This document shows positions 26,520 to 40,400 of a DNA stretch of 64,000 nt, one piece after another. A program made the translations under genes and the position numbers. Below the pieces are notes generated by a model. The model was given only the letters and a program-made list of their open reading frames with translations, had not been told where the DNA came from and did not search any database. The stretch is from Glaucostegus cemiculus (taxonomy: Eukaryota), in contig CDPCPM010000370.1 in assembly GCA_976551045.1 (NCBI GenBank), positions 2,852,001-2,916,000 on the forward strand, in the 5' to 3' direction. How positions within the stretch are numbered: the stretch's first letter is position 1; each line of letters begins with the position of its first letter.

Positions 26520-26951
26520 GGCTTCGTAGCACAGAGGTACACGGCAGAGTCCGTCACAACAGCCCCGGAGATATAAAGGTGAGCTCTCTTGTTGTCTTTC
26601 TGCCAATCAGCGGTAATTCTCTGTGAACACGCTGGAGCCCGTTCAATCTTTCCTGAGCTCAACACCCTCAGCAAATATTCTGGAGATTCCCCGCGATGCT
26701 GACTGTACCAAAAAATGTATGTAGTAGCTGCCGTGTAACTACAGTTCAGTATTACGCTCTGTCCTTCTTCAGCCGTTAACTCGGGAGGGTCCTGGGTCAC
26801 TGAGTCTTCCCCGCTCGTTCCTGCAAGAAAGAATAAAATGAATGAATCGCCGGAGCTCGCATTGAGCGTACGGGAAACATACTGGCTTGTTTCGCAGAGA
26901 CTCACCGGGCAGCAGTACCAATATAACCAATAAGGAACAGAGGGAGCACAT
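26520..26951 (-). CDS. TRAV: V segment V9 (subgroup A'), intact. Leader 26906-26951, V exon 26520-26820
   Basis: Intact frame. RSS heptamer at 26513-26519, 23 nt, nonamer at 26481-26489. Confidence 0.92.
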
Positions 26952-27874
26952 GGTGTCTGGCTTCGGGCTAGAACGAAAGGCAGATCACCTTCAAGAAGTT
27001 CATTCCACTTGACAAATATTGCAGAATGAGGTCAGATCAGCGGCACATTTCACTTTGTCTCAGACAGAGGGCGTTGCCCTGTTGAATGATTGGCTGGTAG
27101 ACGACTGAGCCTCCCGAAGCACCAATCAGGGTGGGCACTGGCTCAGTGTGTGTCTCTCTCTCTGGCTGTTCCCCCTTCTATTTATATGCTGTTCTCTCCA
27201 TCTCACTCGCTCTCGCTCTCTATTTCTCTCTCTCCCCCTAACGCTCTTTCTTTCTTTCTTTTCCTCTCATCTCTGCCATCTCCGTTTCTCTCCACATGTT
27301 CCGCTCTCTCTGATTTTTCTCTTTCTCTCTGCTCTGATCTCGCTCGGCTCTTCTATCACTTTATATCCATTCCAACTTTCAACCCCAGATATCACTCAGA
27401 CGTGCACAATCACTATTACATATCACATGATCCATTTTGCTGAGTCATGAAAGATTATAAATGGGTCTACACCGCTCTCTCTTTCTATCTCTCTGCTTCC
27501 CTTTCCCTGTCCTGCCACTTCCATTTCCTTCCTGTTTCTCTCTGTCTCTGTCTCTCTCTATCCTTCTTCTTTCTGTCTGTTCCAATCAGAATGGGGTTCA
27601 GTTCAATTTGTCTGATTTCTTTCAATTTCCTCTTCACCTCTCTCTATACCTCTTATCCGCTTCTTTCTCTTCATCTTCTCCCGATCAGTCTAATTTTTCC
27701 CATACTCACTCCCTCCTTACCACACTCACATCATCCAAGCACACATATCACTCTCATGCACAAAGTCTACAACAAGCTGCTAATCACCAACATAGGTGAT
27801 AAGCAGTTGAGGCAACACCATTGAATTCTGGAGCATCCCACGAGTTATTCGTTCTTAATCCGAAGATCACACAA

Positions 27875-28010
27875 TCGTTCCTGCAATAAAGGATAGAATG
27901 TATGAAGGGCCCGAGTTTGCATTGACCGTAAGGAAACACACAGGCTGGTTTGGCCGAAACTCACTGGATAGCACGGCCAATATCATCAGTAAGGAACAGA
28001 GGGAGCACAG
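27875..28010 (-). pseudogene. Leader-only V relic 1 (V exon deleted after ~6 nt; start codon ATG>CTG)
   Basis: B-type leader and intron (27881-27964) are present, but the acceptor is followed by LINE-derived flank (junction cacacaat|cgttcctgc). Confidence 0.88.
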
Positions 28011-30117
28011 GCTGACTGGCGTCGGGCTAGATCGAAAGGCAGATCCCTTTCAAGAAGTTCATTCCACTTGACCGATATTACACAATGAAGTCAGATCTGC
28101 GGCAATTTCCACTTTATCAAAGACTGGCGGCTGATTGGTGCCCTGGTAGGCTCAGTCACCTACCACCCTGCTGAAGGATTGGGTGAGAGATTACTGAACC
28201 TCCTGGGGTGCCAATCAAAATATGCTCTGGTTCAGCCTTTCGCTCTCTCTCTCTGGCTGTTCCTACTTCTATTTATCTTCCGTTCTCTCTCACGTTCTCC
28301 CTGTCTCACTTTCTTTCGCTCTCTTTGCACTCATCTCTGCCATCTCCCTTTCCCTCCAGTTTGTCCTCTCTCTGATTTCCTTGTTTCTCGCAGCCCTAAT
28401 CACTCTCTTCTGTTCTCTCCCTATTATTCCTCATCGCAACTTGCTGTCCTACATCTCACTCTACAATGTGCAAATTCTGTTGCATATTCCAATAGTGAAT
28501 ATAGATGATGACACCACTGAATCCTGTGTAATCCCCCAGTTATTCATCATCCATCTGGAAATCACCCATTTATTCCCTACTCATTGATTCCGTCAATGAT
28601 CCAATCTCCAAGCCGTATGAACAGAGAGCTATCAGAATTTGAATCTTCTGAAGGACCCTTCATTGTGACACTTCCTCGAACGCTTTAGAGGAACTACAAC
28701 CAAGTGATTATAATCAATTTCCAGCAACCTGTTCAACCGGGATATATCTTTGCCGACAAATAGTGCAAAAGGGAGCATTCATGTGTCTCTGAAATGTTTT
28801 GCAAAATTCTTATTTTACCGAACGATATGAGTTGATTTCAAGGAACTCCTCCGGCTTAGCTGCCTTTTATTACCTGGCGCCGCCCATTTAACTGAGCCGT
28901 GTAAACCTTACAGTTACATGTGTGCGATCCTTCTATTTACCGGGATGAGAGCGCACCGCCTTCCTCCTTGACCTGCCCCGGGCTTGCAATGAGCAGTCAT
29001 TGCAGATTACTTTAAAGCAGTTAATACCATTTGACCGAAGTCGGAGAATGAGATCAGTTCAACAGCACCCTTAACACCTTGTGTAAGACAGGGCGCGCTA
29101 CCCTGCAAAAGTATTGGCCGCAAACTCATAACTGTTCTATCACGGCACCAATCGGAATTTGCTCTTGCCTGAATATTTTCTGGCAGTTTTTCCTTCTCAT
29201 TTCATTCCGTTCTCCCTTTCGCTCTTTCTTCCTACATCAAACACCACCCTTTATTTCCTCCGTGTTTTTTGTCTCTACCTCTCTCTCTGTGTCGCTCTCT
29301 GCCCTCGGATCGTCATTCCCTGCTCCAATCCACCCCCTCTCTCTCTCTTTCAGCCTCTCTCTCTTCCTCTCCCTCTCTCTATGCTATATGTATGGCTCAT
29401 TCTTCTTCTATTTATATTCCGTTTTCTCTATGCAGTTCAGCTCCTCTGTTTTCCTGTCTTTCATATTTATCCCCTTCTCTCTTATCCCCTGATCTGCCTG
29501 TTTCACTTTCTTTCCCTTCCTTTCTGTAGAAGCTACCTCATACGCCTTCCTCTCTGTCCTCCTAACTTCTGCCTGTCCCATGTATCACTGTAACCTGCGC
29601 AAATTATATTACTTGTTGCATCGTGCCTTCAGCTAAATCATCAATATATGTTATGAGTAGTTGAGGCAACACCATTGAATTATGGTGCATCCCATGAGTT
29701 ATTCGTTCTCATTCCGAAGATCACCCATATATTTCCCACAATTATTATCTCTGCAGTATTCTTCAGTAGGAGACCTTATTAAATATTTATTTATCGAATG
29801 CTTTCTTGAAATATACAGACGCTGCATCTCCAGGTTCCCATTTATCCTGACATTTACATCCTTAAGGAACTGTGAGAGTGGCCAAAGTCCATTTCCAGCA
29901 TATTTCTCAACTGCAAAATGCTTTGCCCGATAGCAGCGGGAACTGGGGGTTCAAATAACCATTCTGAAGTTCCTGTTTGTACCTCTGGGTTCATGTTGAA
30001 TGCATAACAGCTCCGCAAGCTCAGGCGTATTTGGTAACCGAGTAACGCCCACTTGTGGACCACGTGACACTCACTGCGACGTGTGCACCCCACCCCTCGG
30101 CCGGTTGCTCGGTAATC

Positions 30118-30362
30118 GCGCCCTCTAGTGAGCGCTCGGTGCCAACTCCTCGGCCAGGATAAGACAGAACACATCGTATGTGCCTTCAGGCCCGATCAAA
30201 GGCCAGATTGCTTTCTTGTTCATGAAACGTGACCGATTTTGGGAAAACAATGTACAAATCAGAGGCACGCTTATCTTTGTATAAGGCTGTTAGCGTTGAT
30301 ATGTTAAATGATTCGCCGGTGCATTATGACTGAGCCTACAGGGGCAGCAATCAGAGTGCGCT
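30118..30362 (-). pseudogene. Empty V cassette (representative of ~28): CTCF motif, leader stub and promoter, no V
   Basis: The post-RSS flank gcgccctctagtgagcgctcggtgc is joined directly to a leader 5' remnant (MCSVLS..) and a promoter-homologous block. Confidence 0.8.
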
Positions 30363-31013
30363 CAGCGCGAATTTTTCTCTGACTGGTTCTCGGTTTCTTT
30401 ATTTTCCATTCTCTCTCTCTCTTTCTCCCTCTCCCGCCCTCTCTCTCTGTCTCCCTCCAAGAGCATCACCTTTCTCTCAATCTATTTTTCCATGTCTGCG
30501 TCTCCCGATCCCTCTGATCCTCATTGCCATCTCCCTCCCTTCTGTCTCTCAATTCTGCACGCTCTCTATCCTTGCTACGGCAGTAGCCTCCAATGCAACG
30601 TCTTATCGAAAGATTTCTCGATATGCAATAAACTGTGTCTCTTGTTTCCCGTTCATTTCACTTTGATATGCTCAAGGAATTCTCTAAGAAGGAATGGAAA
30701 AAATTTCCAACAACGTTGTCAGACGCATATCGTGGTGTATGCAACGGTGGAAATGGGATATGTAGGTGTGCCAGACATGCTCTGCAATGTTCCTACTTGT
30801 AGCTATCTGTATGAGTTGATTCAACAGCAATTCCTCAAGCTTGGAGAGAGTCTTTGCTGAGCCCAGCATTTAAATGTACTCTCTTTAATCCACTTCGTGA
30901 TTCCTGTGTCAGCTTTTCGCTTGCCTGGCATATGACGCCATCTACTGTGCGCGCATTGTCACACACGCATCGCCAGTTTTTGTCCGGACGCGCCATCGTG
31001 CTGCAACTCTGTG

Positions 31014-31445
31014 GGCTGCGTGGCACAGAGGTACACGGCCGAGTCCGACACCACAGTCCCGGAGATATACAAGTGACCTCTCTTGCTGTCTTTCTGCCAA
31101 TCAGCCGTAAATCTCTTTGAACACTCTGGGTGCGGTTCCATCTTTCCTGAGCTATACACCCTCAACAAATATTCTGGAGATTCCCCGTGGTGCTCACTGT
31201 ACCAAAAAATATATGCAGCGGACGCCGTGTAACTACAGTTCAGTATTATGCTCTGTCCTTCCTCAACCGTTAACTCCGGAGGGTCTTGGGTCACTGAGTC
31301 TTCACCACTCGTTCCTGCAATAAAAGATAAAATTCATGAAGAGCCCGAGCTTGCATTGAGCGTACGGGAAACACACAGGCTGGTTTGGCACAGACTCACC
31401 AGGCAGCACGGCCAATATCACTAGTAAGAAACAAAGGGAACACAT
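31014..31445 (-). CDS. TRAV: V segment V10 (subgroup C), intact. Leader 31400-31445, V exon 31014-31314
   Basis: Intact frame. RSS CACAGAG at 31007-31013, 23 nt, ACAAAAACT at 30975-30983. Confidence 0.9.
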
Positions 31446-32773
31446 GGTGTCTGGCTTCGGGCTCGATCGACAGGCAGATCACTTTCAAGAAGTTCATTCC
31501 ACTGGACCTATATATTAGAATGAGGTCAGAAGAGCGGCGCTTTTCACTTTGTCTCAGACGGAAGGCGTTGCCCTGCTGTAGGATTGGCTGGTCGACGACT
31601 GAAACTCCCGAAGCACCAATCAAAATGGGCTATAACTAAGAGTCTACGTCTCCGGCCGTTACCCCTTCTATTTATATGCCCTTCTCCTTCACTTTCTCTC
31701 TCTGCCTCTCTTTCTTTCGCTTTATTTCGCTCTCGTCTATCCCAATTACCTTTCTTTCCAGCAATACCCCGTCTCTCTCCCTCCTTCCTTCTTCTTCCTG
31801 CTCAAATCGCTCGCTCTGCACTTCTATCTTTTTTTTAGCTCTTAAAGCAACTATGTATCCCAAATATCACCCGACCATGCGTAAATGTAATGACATGTTG
31901 CATGATCCATTTAACTATATCATGAATATAGATTATAAATAATTAGGACAACATCAGTGAAGCTTCTTGCATCCACTAGTTACGCACCGTCATTCTGTAT
32001 ATCAACCACTTATTTCCTACCCATTCTTTCCGTTAGTGATCCAGTCTCCTAGAAATAGACGCTATCACAATTTGTATAAACTACTTCAGCAGTCTTCACT
32101 GAGACACCTTCTCGAACGCTTTAAGAATAATACAGACGCTGTGGCCCTTAATATCCCTTTATCCTCACTGTTACATCCTCAAGAAACTGCAGAATGTGAT
32201 CATGGTCATTTCTGGCAACCTGCTCATCCGGGATATATTTTTGCCGATAACCGGAGCGAAGGGGAACATTCAGCTGCCCCGAATATTCGTCGTGAAATTC
32301 TTATTTTTAAAATGGGTACGACTTGATTTCAAGGGCAACTCCTCAGGCTCAGGTGCCTTTTATTACCCAGCGTCGCCCGTTTAACTAAACCACGTGAACT
32401 CACTGCAACGTGTGGGCGATCCTTCTATTTACAAGGCTAAGAGCGCCCTCTGGTGAGCACTCATTGCAACCCCGGGGCGGGAACAGAGGGATCTCATGGT
32501 ATCTGTCTTCAGGACTGATCAAAAGGCAGATTACTTGCAAGAACTTGATACAACTTAACCGATGCTGCAGAATGATATCAGTTCAGCGGCACCCTTTACT
32601 TTGTGAAAGACTGGAGACGTTGGTCGGCTAGAGGATTGGTTAGAAACTCATACCTGAGTCAATCATTCCACCGCTCGGAACGTGGTCGAGTTGAATTTTT
32701 CTATGGCACTTTTTCCTGCTCATTTCATGCAGTTCTCTCTTTCGATCTCTCTCCCTCTACCAATCTCTGTCTG

Positions 32774-32812
<39 letters not shown>
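32774..32812 (+). repeat. (TATC)n tetranucleotide microsatellite
   Basis: Seen directly. Related tracts lie at ~15929-15985 and 24722-24777. Confidence 0.9.
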
Positions 32813-34366
32813 CTCCACGATTTTTTTTCTCTGCAGTCAGAATGGACCTCAGTTCAATTTGTCTCCTTTACTTTATATTCATCCCCATTTCTCTCTTTTC
32901 CTCATTTGCCGCACTCTTTCATGTTCTTCCTTTCTGTCTAATCTCTCTCTCTCATAACCCCTCCCTCTTTATCCTCCTCACATCTTTCTAACCCATATTG
33001 TACTGCATCATACGCAAATTCAATTATATGCTGCATCGAGCCTTCAGCTGAATCTTCGAAATAAATTATAGGTAGTTGAGGCAACACCATTGAATTCTGG
33101 ATCATCCCATTATTTATTTGTTCTCAATACTATCACAGAATTATTTCACACTCTCTGTTTTCCGTCCGTGAACCAATCTCCTTTCCAAGCCAATGGACTG
33201 CACCAGAATTTTTATCTCTGCAGTAATCTTAGTTTTCTTGACAGTTACATCCCCAGAGATCTGTGACAAAATGGCCAAAGTCGATTTCCAGCAAATTTCT
33301 CAACTGCTAAATCGTATTCCCCACAGCAGGGGAAACTGGACCTTCAGGTGTCCCGTAAATGCTTTGTTAAGTTCCTGTTTATATCTCTGGGTGCAAGTAG
33401 AATGCACCAACAGCCCTTCAAGCTTGGGCGTCTTTGGTTTCCGAGCGCCGCCCACTTCTGTGGACCACGTGACATCCACTCTCATGTGTCGCGCCCCTTC
33501 CCGATACCACGTAATTGCGCCCTCTACTGACCTCTTGTAGCAAACCCCTCGGTTTGGAACAGAAGGAAAACATGTCTGTCTTCAAGCCAGTTCAAAGGCA
33601 TATTGCTTTCAAGAAGCTGATGAAACCTGATCGATATTGGTAAGTATGAACCGACCAGCAGCACACTTACAGTTATCTAAGGCTGGTGTTGCCCTGATAA
33701 GGGATTCGCCCGGACATCATAACTGAGCCGACAGGATCATTAATCAGAATCGGCTCTGCGCGAATTTTTCTGTTTCCTTTATTTTTCATTCTCTCGATCC
33801 ATATCTCTCTCTCTCTTTCTCTCTCTCTATCTATCTGTCTGTCTGTGTGTCTCTCACTTTCGAACTTATGCTCCTGCGTCTCTTTCTCTGTCCCTCCAAC
33901 ACATATCAACCTTTCTTTGTTTATCTGTCTACCTTCCTCTTTCTCTCTGCTCCTCAGCTCCTGTTCCCACCCTTCTGTCTCTCGGTCCTTCACGCTCTCT
34001 GTCATTGCTAGTGTAGTAACCTCCAACGCGACATCTTCTCGATTTCTGGCAGTGCACTACACCGTATCTCCAGTTTGCCACTCATTTCACTGTTACATGC
34101 ACACGGAACTCTATAAAAAGGATCAAAAACGATTTCCAGCAACACTGTCAACCGCATAACGTGTTGTAGGCAACGGGGCAAAGGGGATATGGAGGTGTGC
34201 TGGACATACTTTGTAAACTTCCTTCTTCTAACCATAGGTGTGAGATGAATTCAACAACAATTTCACAAGCTTGGACGAAAGTCTTTGCTGAACCCAGCAT
34301 TTAAGTGCACCCACTTTCATGCAATTCGTGATCCTCATTGTTTCCTTTTTGCTTACACTGCAAAGC

Positions 34367-34382
34367 GCGCCATCTAGTGGGC
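34367..34382 (-). promoter_or_regulatory. Consensus-perfect CTCF core next to the V11 RSS
   Basis: GCCCACTAGATGGCGC, 25 bp from the nonamer. Confidence 0.82.
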
Positions 34383-34443
34383 GCTCACTTTCAAACCCAC
34401 CGCCGGTTTTTGTCCTGACCTTCCATCTGACGGCACCACTGTG

Positions 34444-34874
34444 GGCTGCGTGGCACAGAAGTACACGGCGGAGTCCGACACAACAGCCCCGGAGATATAA
34501 AAGTGAGCTCTCTTGCAGTCTTGCTCTAAATCAGCGGTAAATCTCTGTGAACACGCTGGAGGCCGTACCATCTGGCCAGTGCTATACAGCTTCAGCAAAT
34601 ATTCTGGAGATTCCCCGCGATGCTGTCTGTACCAAAAGATATGTGCATCAGCTGTCATGTAACTACAGTTCAGTATTATGCTCTGTCCTTCCTCGGCCGT
34701 TAACTCCGGAGGGTCCTGGGTCACTGAGTCTTCACCACTCGTTCCTGCAATAAAGGATAAAATGCATGAATAGACCGAGCTTGCATTGATCGTACGGGAA
34801 CGCACAGGCTGGTTTAGCAGAGACTCACCAGGCAGCGCGGCCAATATAACCACTAAGAAGCAGTGCGAAAACAT
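34444..34874 (-). CDS. TRAV: V segment V11 (subgroup A variant, V3-like), intact. Leader 34829-34874, V exon 34444-34744
   Basis: Leader MFSHCFLVVILAALP and an 84-nt intron. RSS CACAGTG at 34437-34443, 23 nt, nonamer at 34405-34413. Confidence 0.92.
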
Positions 34875-36970
34875 GGTGTCTGGCTTCGGGCTAGATCGAC
34901 AGGCAGATCACTTTCAAGAAGTTCATTCCACTTGACCGATATTGCAGAATGAGGTCAGATCAGCGGCACTTTTCATTTTGTCTCAGACAGAGGGCGTTGC
35001 CCTGCTGAATGATTGGCTGGTAGACGACTGTGCCTAATGGAGCACCAATCACAATGGGCACTGGCTTGGTGGGTTTCCTTCTCTGACTGTCCCCCCTTCT
35101 ATTTATTTGCCGTTCTCCTCTCTATTTTCCTCTCTCTAATTTTTCTGTTTCTCTCTGTTTTATGCCGCTATGCCCTTCCCGCACTTTTTATCCCTCCTCG
35201 CAACATGAAATCCCACATTTTAATCTCCGGTGTGCAAGTTGTATTTCATGTCACATGATCCATTTTGTTAAATCATTTTCTGCTTCAAACAGAATGGTGT
35301 TCAGTTCACTTTGTCTGTTTTCTTTCATATTTATCCGCATCGCTCTGTTTTCCTCATCCACTTCTTTCTCTTTCTCTTCTCCATATCTGTCTAATCTCCT
35401 TCATTAACCTCCGCACACCAAATGTCACTCTGTCATGCGCCAATTCTATAACATGTTGCGAAATCTTCAACACAGATTATAAGTAATTCAGGCAAAACCA
35501 TTGAACTCAGGGGAATTATTCGTTCTCAATCCGAAGATCACCCAATTATTCCCCACTCGGATTTACCGTTCGTGAACCAATCTCCTTCCAGGCCAATAAA
35601 CTCCACCAGAATTTTTATCTCTGGCATGAGAATGATTAATTACATCTCCGGATTCCCATTTACACTGACAATTGCATCCTTAAGGAGATTTGACAAGTCC
35701 GCAAGGTCGATTTCCAGCAAAGTTCTCAACGGAAAAATGATTTACCCCAAGGCAGAGGGAACGGGACATTCAGATGTTCCGGGACCGTTGTATAACGTTA
35801 CTGTTTGTGTCTCTGGATACACGTTGAATGCATCAACACTTGCTCAAGTTTCTACGTCTTTGGTCACAGAGTACTGCGCACTTCATTGGACCACGTGACA
35901 CCCACTGCAATGTGTGTGCCCCTTCCGTTTACCCCGTAATCGCTCCCTCTAGTGAACGCTCCTTAAAACTTCCGGGAAGGAACAGAAGGAACACCGAGTA
36001 TCTTACTTCAGACCCGCTCAAAAGACAGTCTACTTGATAGCAGTTGTTGAAACTTCACCGATATTGGAGAATGTCAACAGATCACTGGCACACATATCAT
36101 TGCATTAGGCTGGGGGCGTTTCCCTGTGAAAGGATTCACTGGTGCATCGGTAACTGATCCTGCAGAGCCACGAATCAGAATGGGTTCTGCTCGAATTTTT
36201 CGCTGGCTGTTNNNNNNNNNNNNNNNNNNNNNNNNNNNNNNNNNNNNNNNNNNNNNNNNNNNNNNNNNNNNNNNNNNNNNNNNNNNNNNNNNNNNNNNNN
36301 NNNNNNNNNNNNNNNNNNNNNNNNNNNNNNNNNNNNNNNNNNNNNNNNNNNNNNNNNNNNTCTATCTCGCTTTCTCTCACACGCTCTTCTCTCTCTGTCC
36401 CTCAAATACACATCAACCTTACTCTCCTGTCCATTACTCTCTGTCTGATTCCCTCTAACCCTCTTCACCTAGATGTTTGTTCCCATCTTTCTGCCTCTCT
36501 GTCCTTAACGCTCTCCATCCTACCTAACGCAGTAACCTTTAATACGACGCCTTAGCGAACGATTTCTTGAAACGCAACACACTGCATCTCCATTTTCCCA
36601 TTGATTCCACCATTGCATCCCGAAGGGTCTCCAAACCAATGATAAAACAATATTTCCAGCAATGGTGTCAGCCGCATACCGTGTTGTAGACAACAGGACA
36701 AAGGAGACATAGTGGTCTGCCAGAAATGCTTTGGAAAGTCCCTACTTGTAACTATAGGTACGAGTTGAATTCAACAACAATTCCACAAGCTTGGTAGAGA
36801 ATTTTTGCTGAGCCCAGATTTTGTGCACCCTCTTAAATGAACCACGTGCTCCTCACTGATTCCTCTCTGTCCCTTTCTCTTGCCCTGCAATGGGCGCCCT
36901 CTAGGGAGCGCTCATTGTCACACCCACAGCTGGTTTTTATCCGGATCCGCCATCTCACTGCAGCAGTGTG

Positions 36971-37400
36971 GGCTCCATGGCACAGAGGTACACTGCGGAG
37001 TCAGACACACAAGACCCCGGAGATATTCAAATGGGCCCTCTGGTTGTCTTTTTGCAAATCAGCGGTAAACCTTGGTAAACCTGGAGGCCGTTGTATCCTT
37101 CCTGAGCGATACACCTTCAGTAAGTATTCAGGAGATTCCCCACGATGTCGAATGTACCAATAAATATCTCTACTAGCTCTTGAGTAGCTCCGGTACAGCA
37201 TTATGGTCTGTCCTTCCTCGGCCGTTAACTCTGTAGGGTCCTAGGTCACGGAATCTTCCCCTCTCGTTCCTGCAATAAAGGATAAAATGTATGAACAGCC
37301 CGAGCTTGGATTGAGTGTACGGGAAACACACAGGCTGGTTTGGCACAAACTCACTGGGCTGCACGGCCAAGATCACCAGCAAGGAACGGAATGAACACAT
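36971..37400 (-). pseudogene. V pseudogene V12 (subgroup B)
   Basis: In-frame TAG at 37241-37243, first conserved Cys changed to Arg, and a +1 frameshift near 37008 (exon 299 nt versus 298 in paralogs). Nonamer is ATAAAAACC. Confidence 0.9.
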
Positions 37401-40400
37401 GCTGATTGGCGTCGGGCTAGACTGAAAGGCAGGTGACTTTCATGAAGTTTATTCCACTTAACCGATATTACAGAATGAAGTCAGATCAGCGGCACTTTCC
37501 ACATTGACTGGAACTGGCGGCTGATTGGTGCCCTGGTAGACTCAGTCACCTACCACCCTGTTGAAGGATTGGGTGGGAGATTACTGAGCCTCCTGGGGCA
37601 CAAATCCTGGGGCTCACTCTCGTTCTCTCTGGCTGTTCCTATTTCTTTTTATCTGCCGTTCTCTCTCACGTTCTCTCTGCCTCTCTTTCTTTCTCTCCCT
37701 CTCGTACACATATTTCGCATCTCCCTTTCTCTCTAGATTTTGCTCCCTCTGATTTCGAACGTTCTCGCAGCTCTAATCACTCTCTCTCTCTCTCTGCTGT
37801 TCTCTACCTTTTATCCCTCATCGCAACTTGCTGTCCCACATATCCCTCCACCGTGCACATATTCTATTGAATGTTGCAACAGAGAATATAAATGATGACA
37901 CCACTGACTATGACTATAAATGATTACATGCTGTGTAATCCCCCAGTTATTCATCGTCCATCTGGAAATCACCCATTTATTTCCTGTTCCTTGTTTCCAT
38001 CGCCAATCCAATCTCCCAGCCCTGTGAATAGAGCGCTACCAGAATTTGAACCTTCTGCAGGAGGCTTCAATGGCACAATTTATCGAACGTATTCTAGAAA
38101 TATGCAGACGCTGTACCTCTTAACGTCCCTTTATCCTCACTGTTACATTCTCAAGAAACTGCAACGAAGTGATCATAGTCAATTTCTAGCAACGTGCTCA
38201 AACGGAATATATCTTTGCCGACGACTGGTGCAAATCGCGGCACATATGTCTCCCTGAAATGCCTTGAACCATTCTTATTTTACCTACGTGTACGACATGC
38301 TTTCAAGGACAACTCCTCAGACTTAGATGCCCTATATTGACAGGCGCTAGCCATTCAACTGAACAACGTAAACCTAACTGTTACGTGTGCGTGATCCCTC
38401 CATTTACCCGGCTAAGAGAGTCCTCCAGTGAGCACTCATTGCAACCCCGGCGCAGGAAAATTAGGAACTCGTAGTGTCTTGCTTAAGACCCGACCAAAAT
38501 GCAGATCACTTTAATGCAGTTAATACCACTTGTCCGAAGTCGGAGAATGAGATCAGTTCAATAGCACCCTTCACTTTTGTAAGACTGGGGGCGTTGCCCT
38601 GCTAAAGCATTGGCTGAGAATTCATAACGGGTTTATCATGCCACACATCTGAAGATGCTGTGATTGACTTTTTTCCTCTGGCTGTTTCTCCTTCTCACTT
38701 CATTCCGTTATAAATTCTGCGCTCTCTCGCTATATGAAACACCACCCTTTATTTCCTCTGTGTTTTTGTCTCTACCTCTCTCTGTGTTCCTCTCTCTGCC
38801 CTCGGACCCTCGCTTCCTGCTCCAATCTCCATCTCCCCCTCTCTGACTCTCTCTGCCATTCACGCACACACACACACACACACATACACACACTCTCTCT
38901 CGCTCCCTCTCTCTCCTTCACGCTCTCTCTTTCTCTCCCCCCACTCAGATATATGGCTGATTCTGCTTCTATTTATTTTCATTTCTCTCTATACAGTTTC
39001 CCTGTCCTTCATATTTATCCCCGTCTCTCTTTTATCTCCTGATCTACCTGTTACCTTTACTTTCTCTTCCTTTCTGTCCAAACTATCTCATACCCCTTCC
39101 TCTTTGTCCTCCTCACATCTTTCTAACCCATATATCATTGTATCCTGCGCAAATCCTACTACATGCTGAATCATGCCTACAGCTAAATCATCGATATATG
39201 TTATGAGTAGTTGTGGCAACACCATTGAATCCTGGAGCCTCCCACGAGTTATTCATTCCCTTTGCGAAGATCACCCATATATATCCCACTCTTCGTTTTA
39301 GTTTTTGAAGCAATATCCTTTTCATGCCAATAGACTGCGCCAGAAATTTTATCTCTGTTGCAATCTTCAGTATGAGACCTTGTAAATGCTTACTTATACC
39401 ACGCTTCCTTGAAATATACAGATGCTGCATCTCCAGGTTCCCATTTATCCTGACAATTACATCCTCAAGGAAGTGTCACAAATTAACCAAAGTCCATTTC
39501 CATAAATTTCTCAACTGCAACATGGTTTTCCCCGTAGCATGGGAAACGGGGCGTTCAAATGTCCAGGAAATGATTTGTGAAGTTCCTGCTTGTACCTCTG
39601 GGCTGCTGTTGAATGCGCCAATAGTTCCTCAAGCATAAGCGTATTTGGTCACCGAGTGACACCCACGTCAATGGACCGCGTGACACCTACTGCAACGTGT
39701 GCGTCCCCCTTGGGGTTGCCCGGTAGTCGCTCCAACCAGTGAGCGCTCGGTGCAAACATCTCGACAAGGAACAGAAGGAACACATGCTATGTATCTTCAT
39801 GGCCGAACAAAAGCCAGATTACTTTCAAGACATTCATGAAACGTGACCAATTTTGGAAAAACTATGAACAGATCAGCACCACGCTTATCTTTGTATAAGG
39901 CTGGTGGCGTTGCCCTGTTAAAATTCGCCGGTGCATCATGACTGAGCCTACAGGGGCAGCAATCAGAGGGATCTCAGCGTGAATTTTTTTCTGACTGGTT
40001 CTCGGTTACTTTATTTTCCATTCTCTCTCTCCCGCCCCCCTCTCCTTCCAAGACGCATCACCTTTCTTTCCTCAATCTATTTTTCCATGTCTGCGTCTCC
40101 CGATCCTTCTAATCCTCATTGCCATCTCCCTCCCTTCTGTCTCTCAGTCCTGCACGCTCTCTGTCCTTGCTAGTGCAGTAACATCCAATGCAACGTCTAA
40201 TCGAATGATTTCTCGAAATACAGCACACTGTGTCTCTAGTTACTCGTTCATTTCACTTTGACATGCTCTAGGAAATCTCTAAGTTGGATCGAAAACGATT
40301 TCCAGCAACTTTGTCAGACGCATATCGTGGTGTATGTAACTGTGGAAATGGGATATGGAAGTGTGCAAGACATGTTTCGCAAACTTCCAACTTGTAGCTA

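Noticed and set aside
30118-30180. Empty cassettes as germline RAG excision products
   Set aside because: The junction lies at the outer edge of the nonamer and inside the leader, not at a heptamer border, so it is neither a signal joint nor a coding joint.
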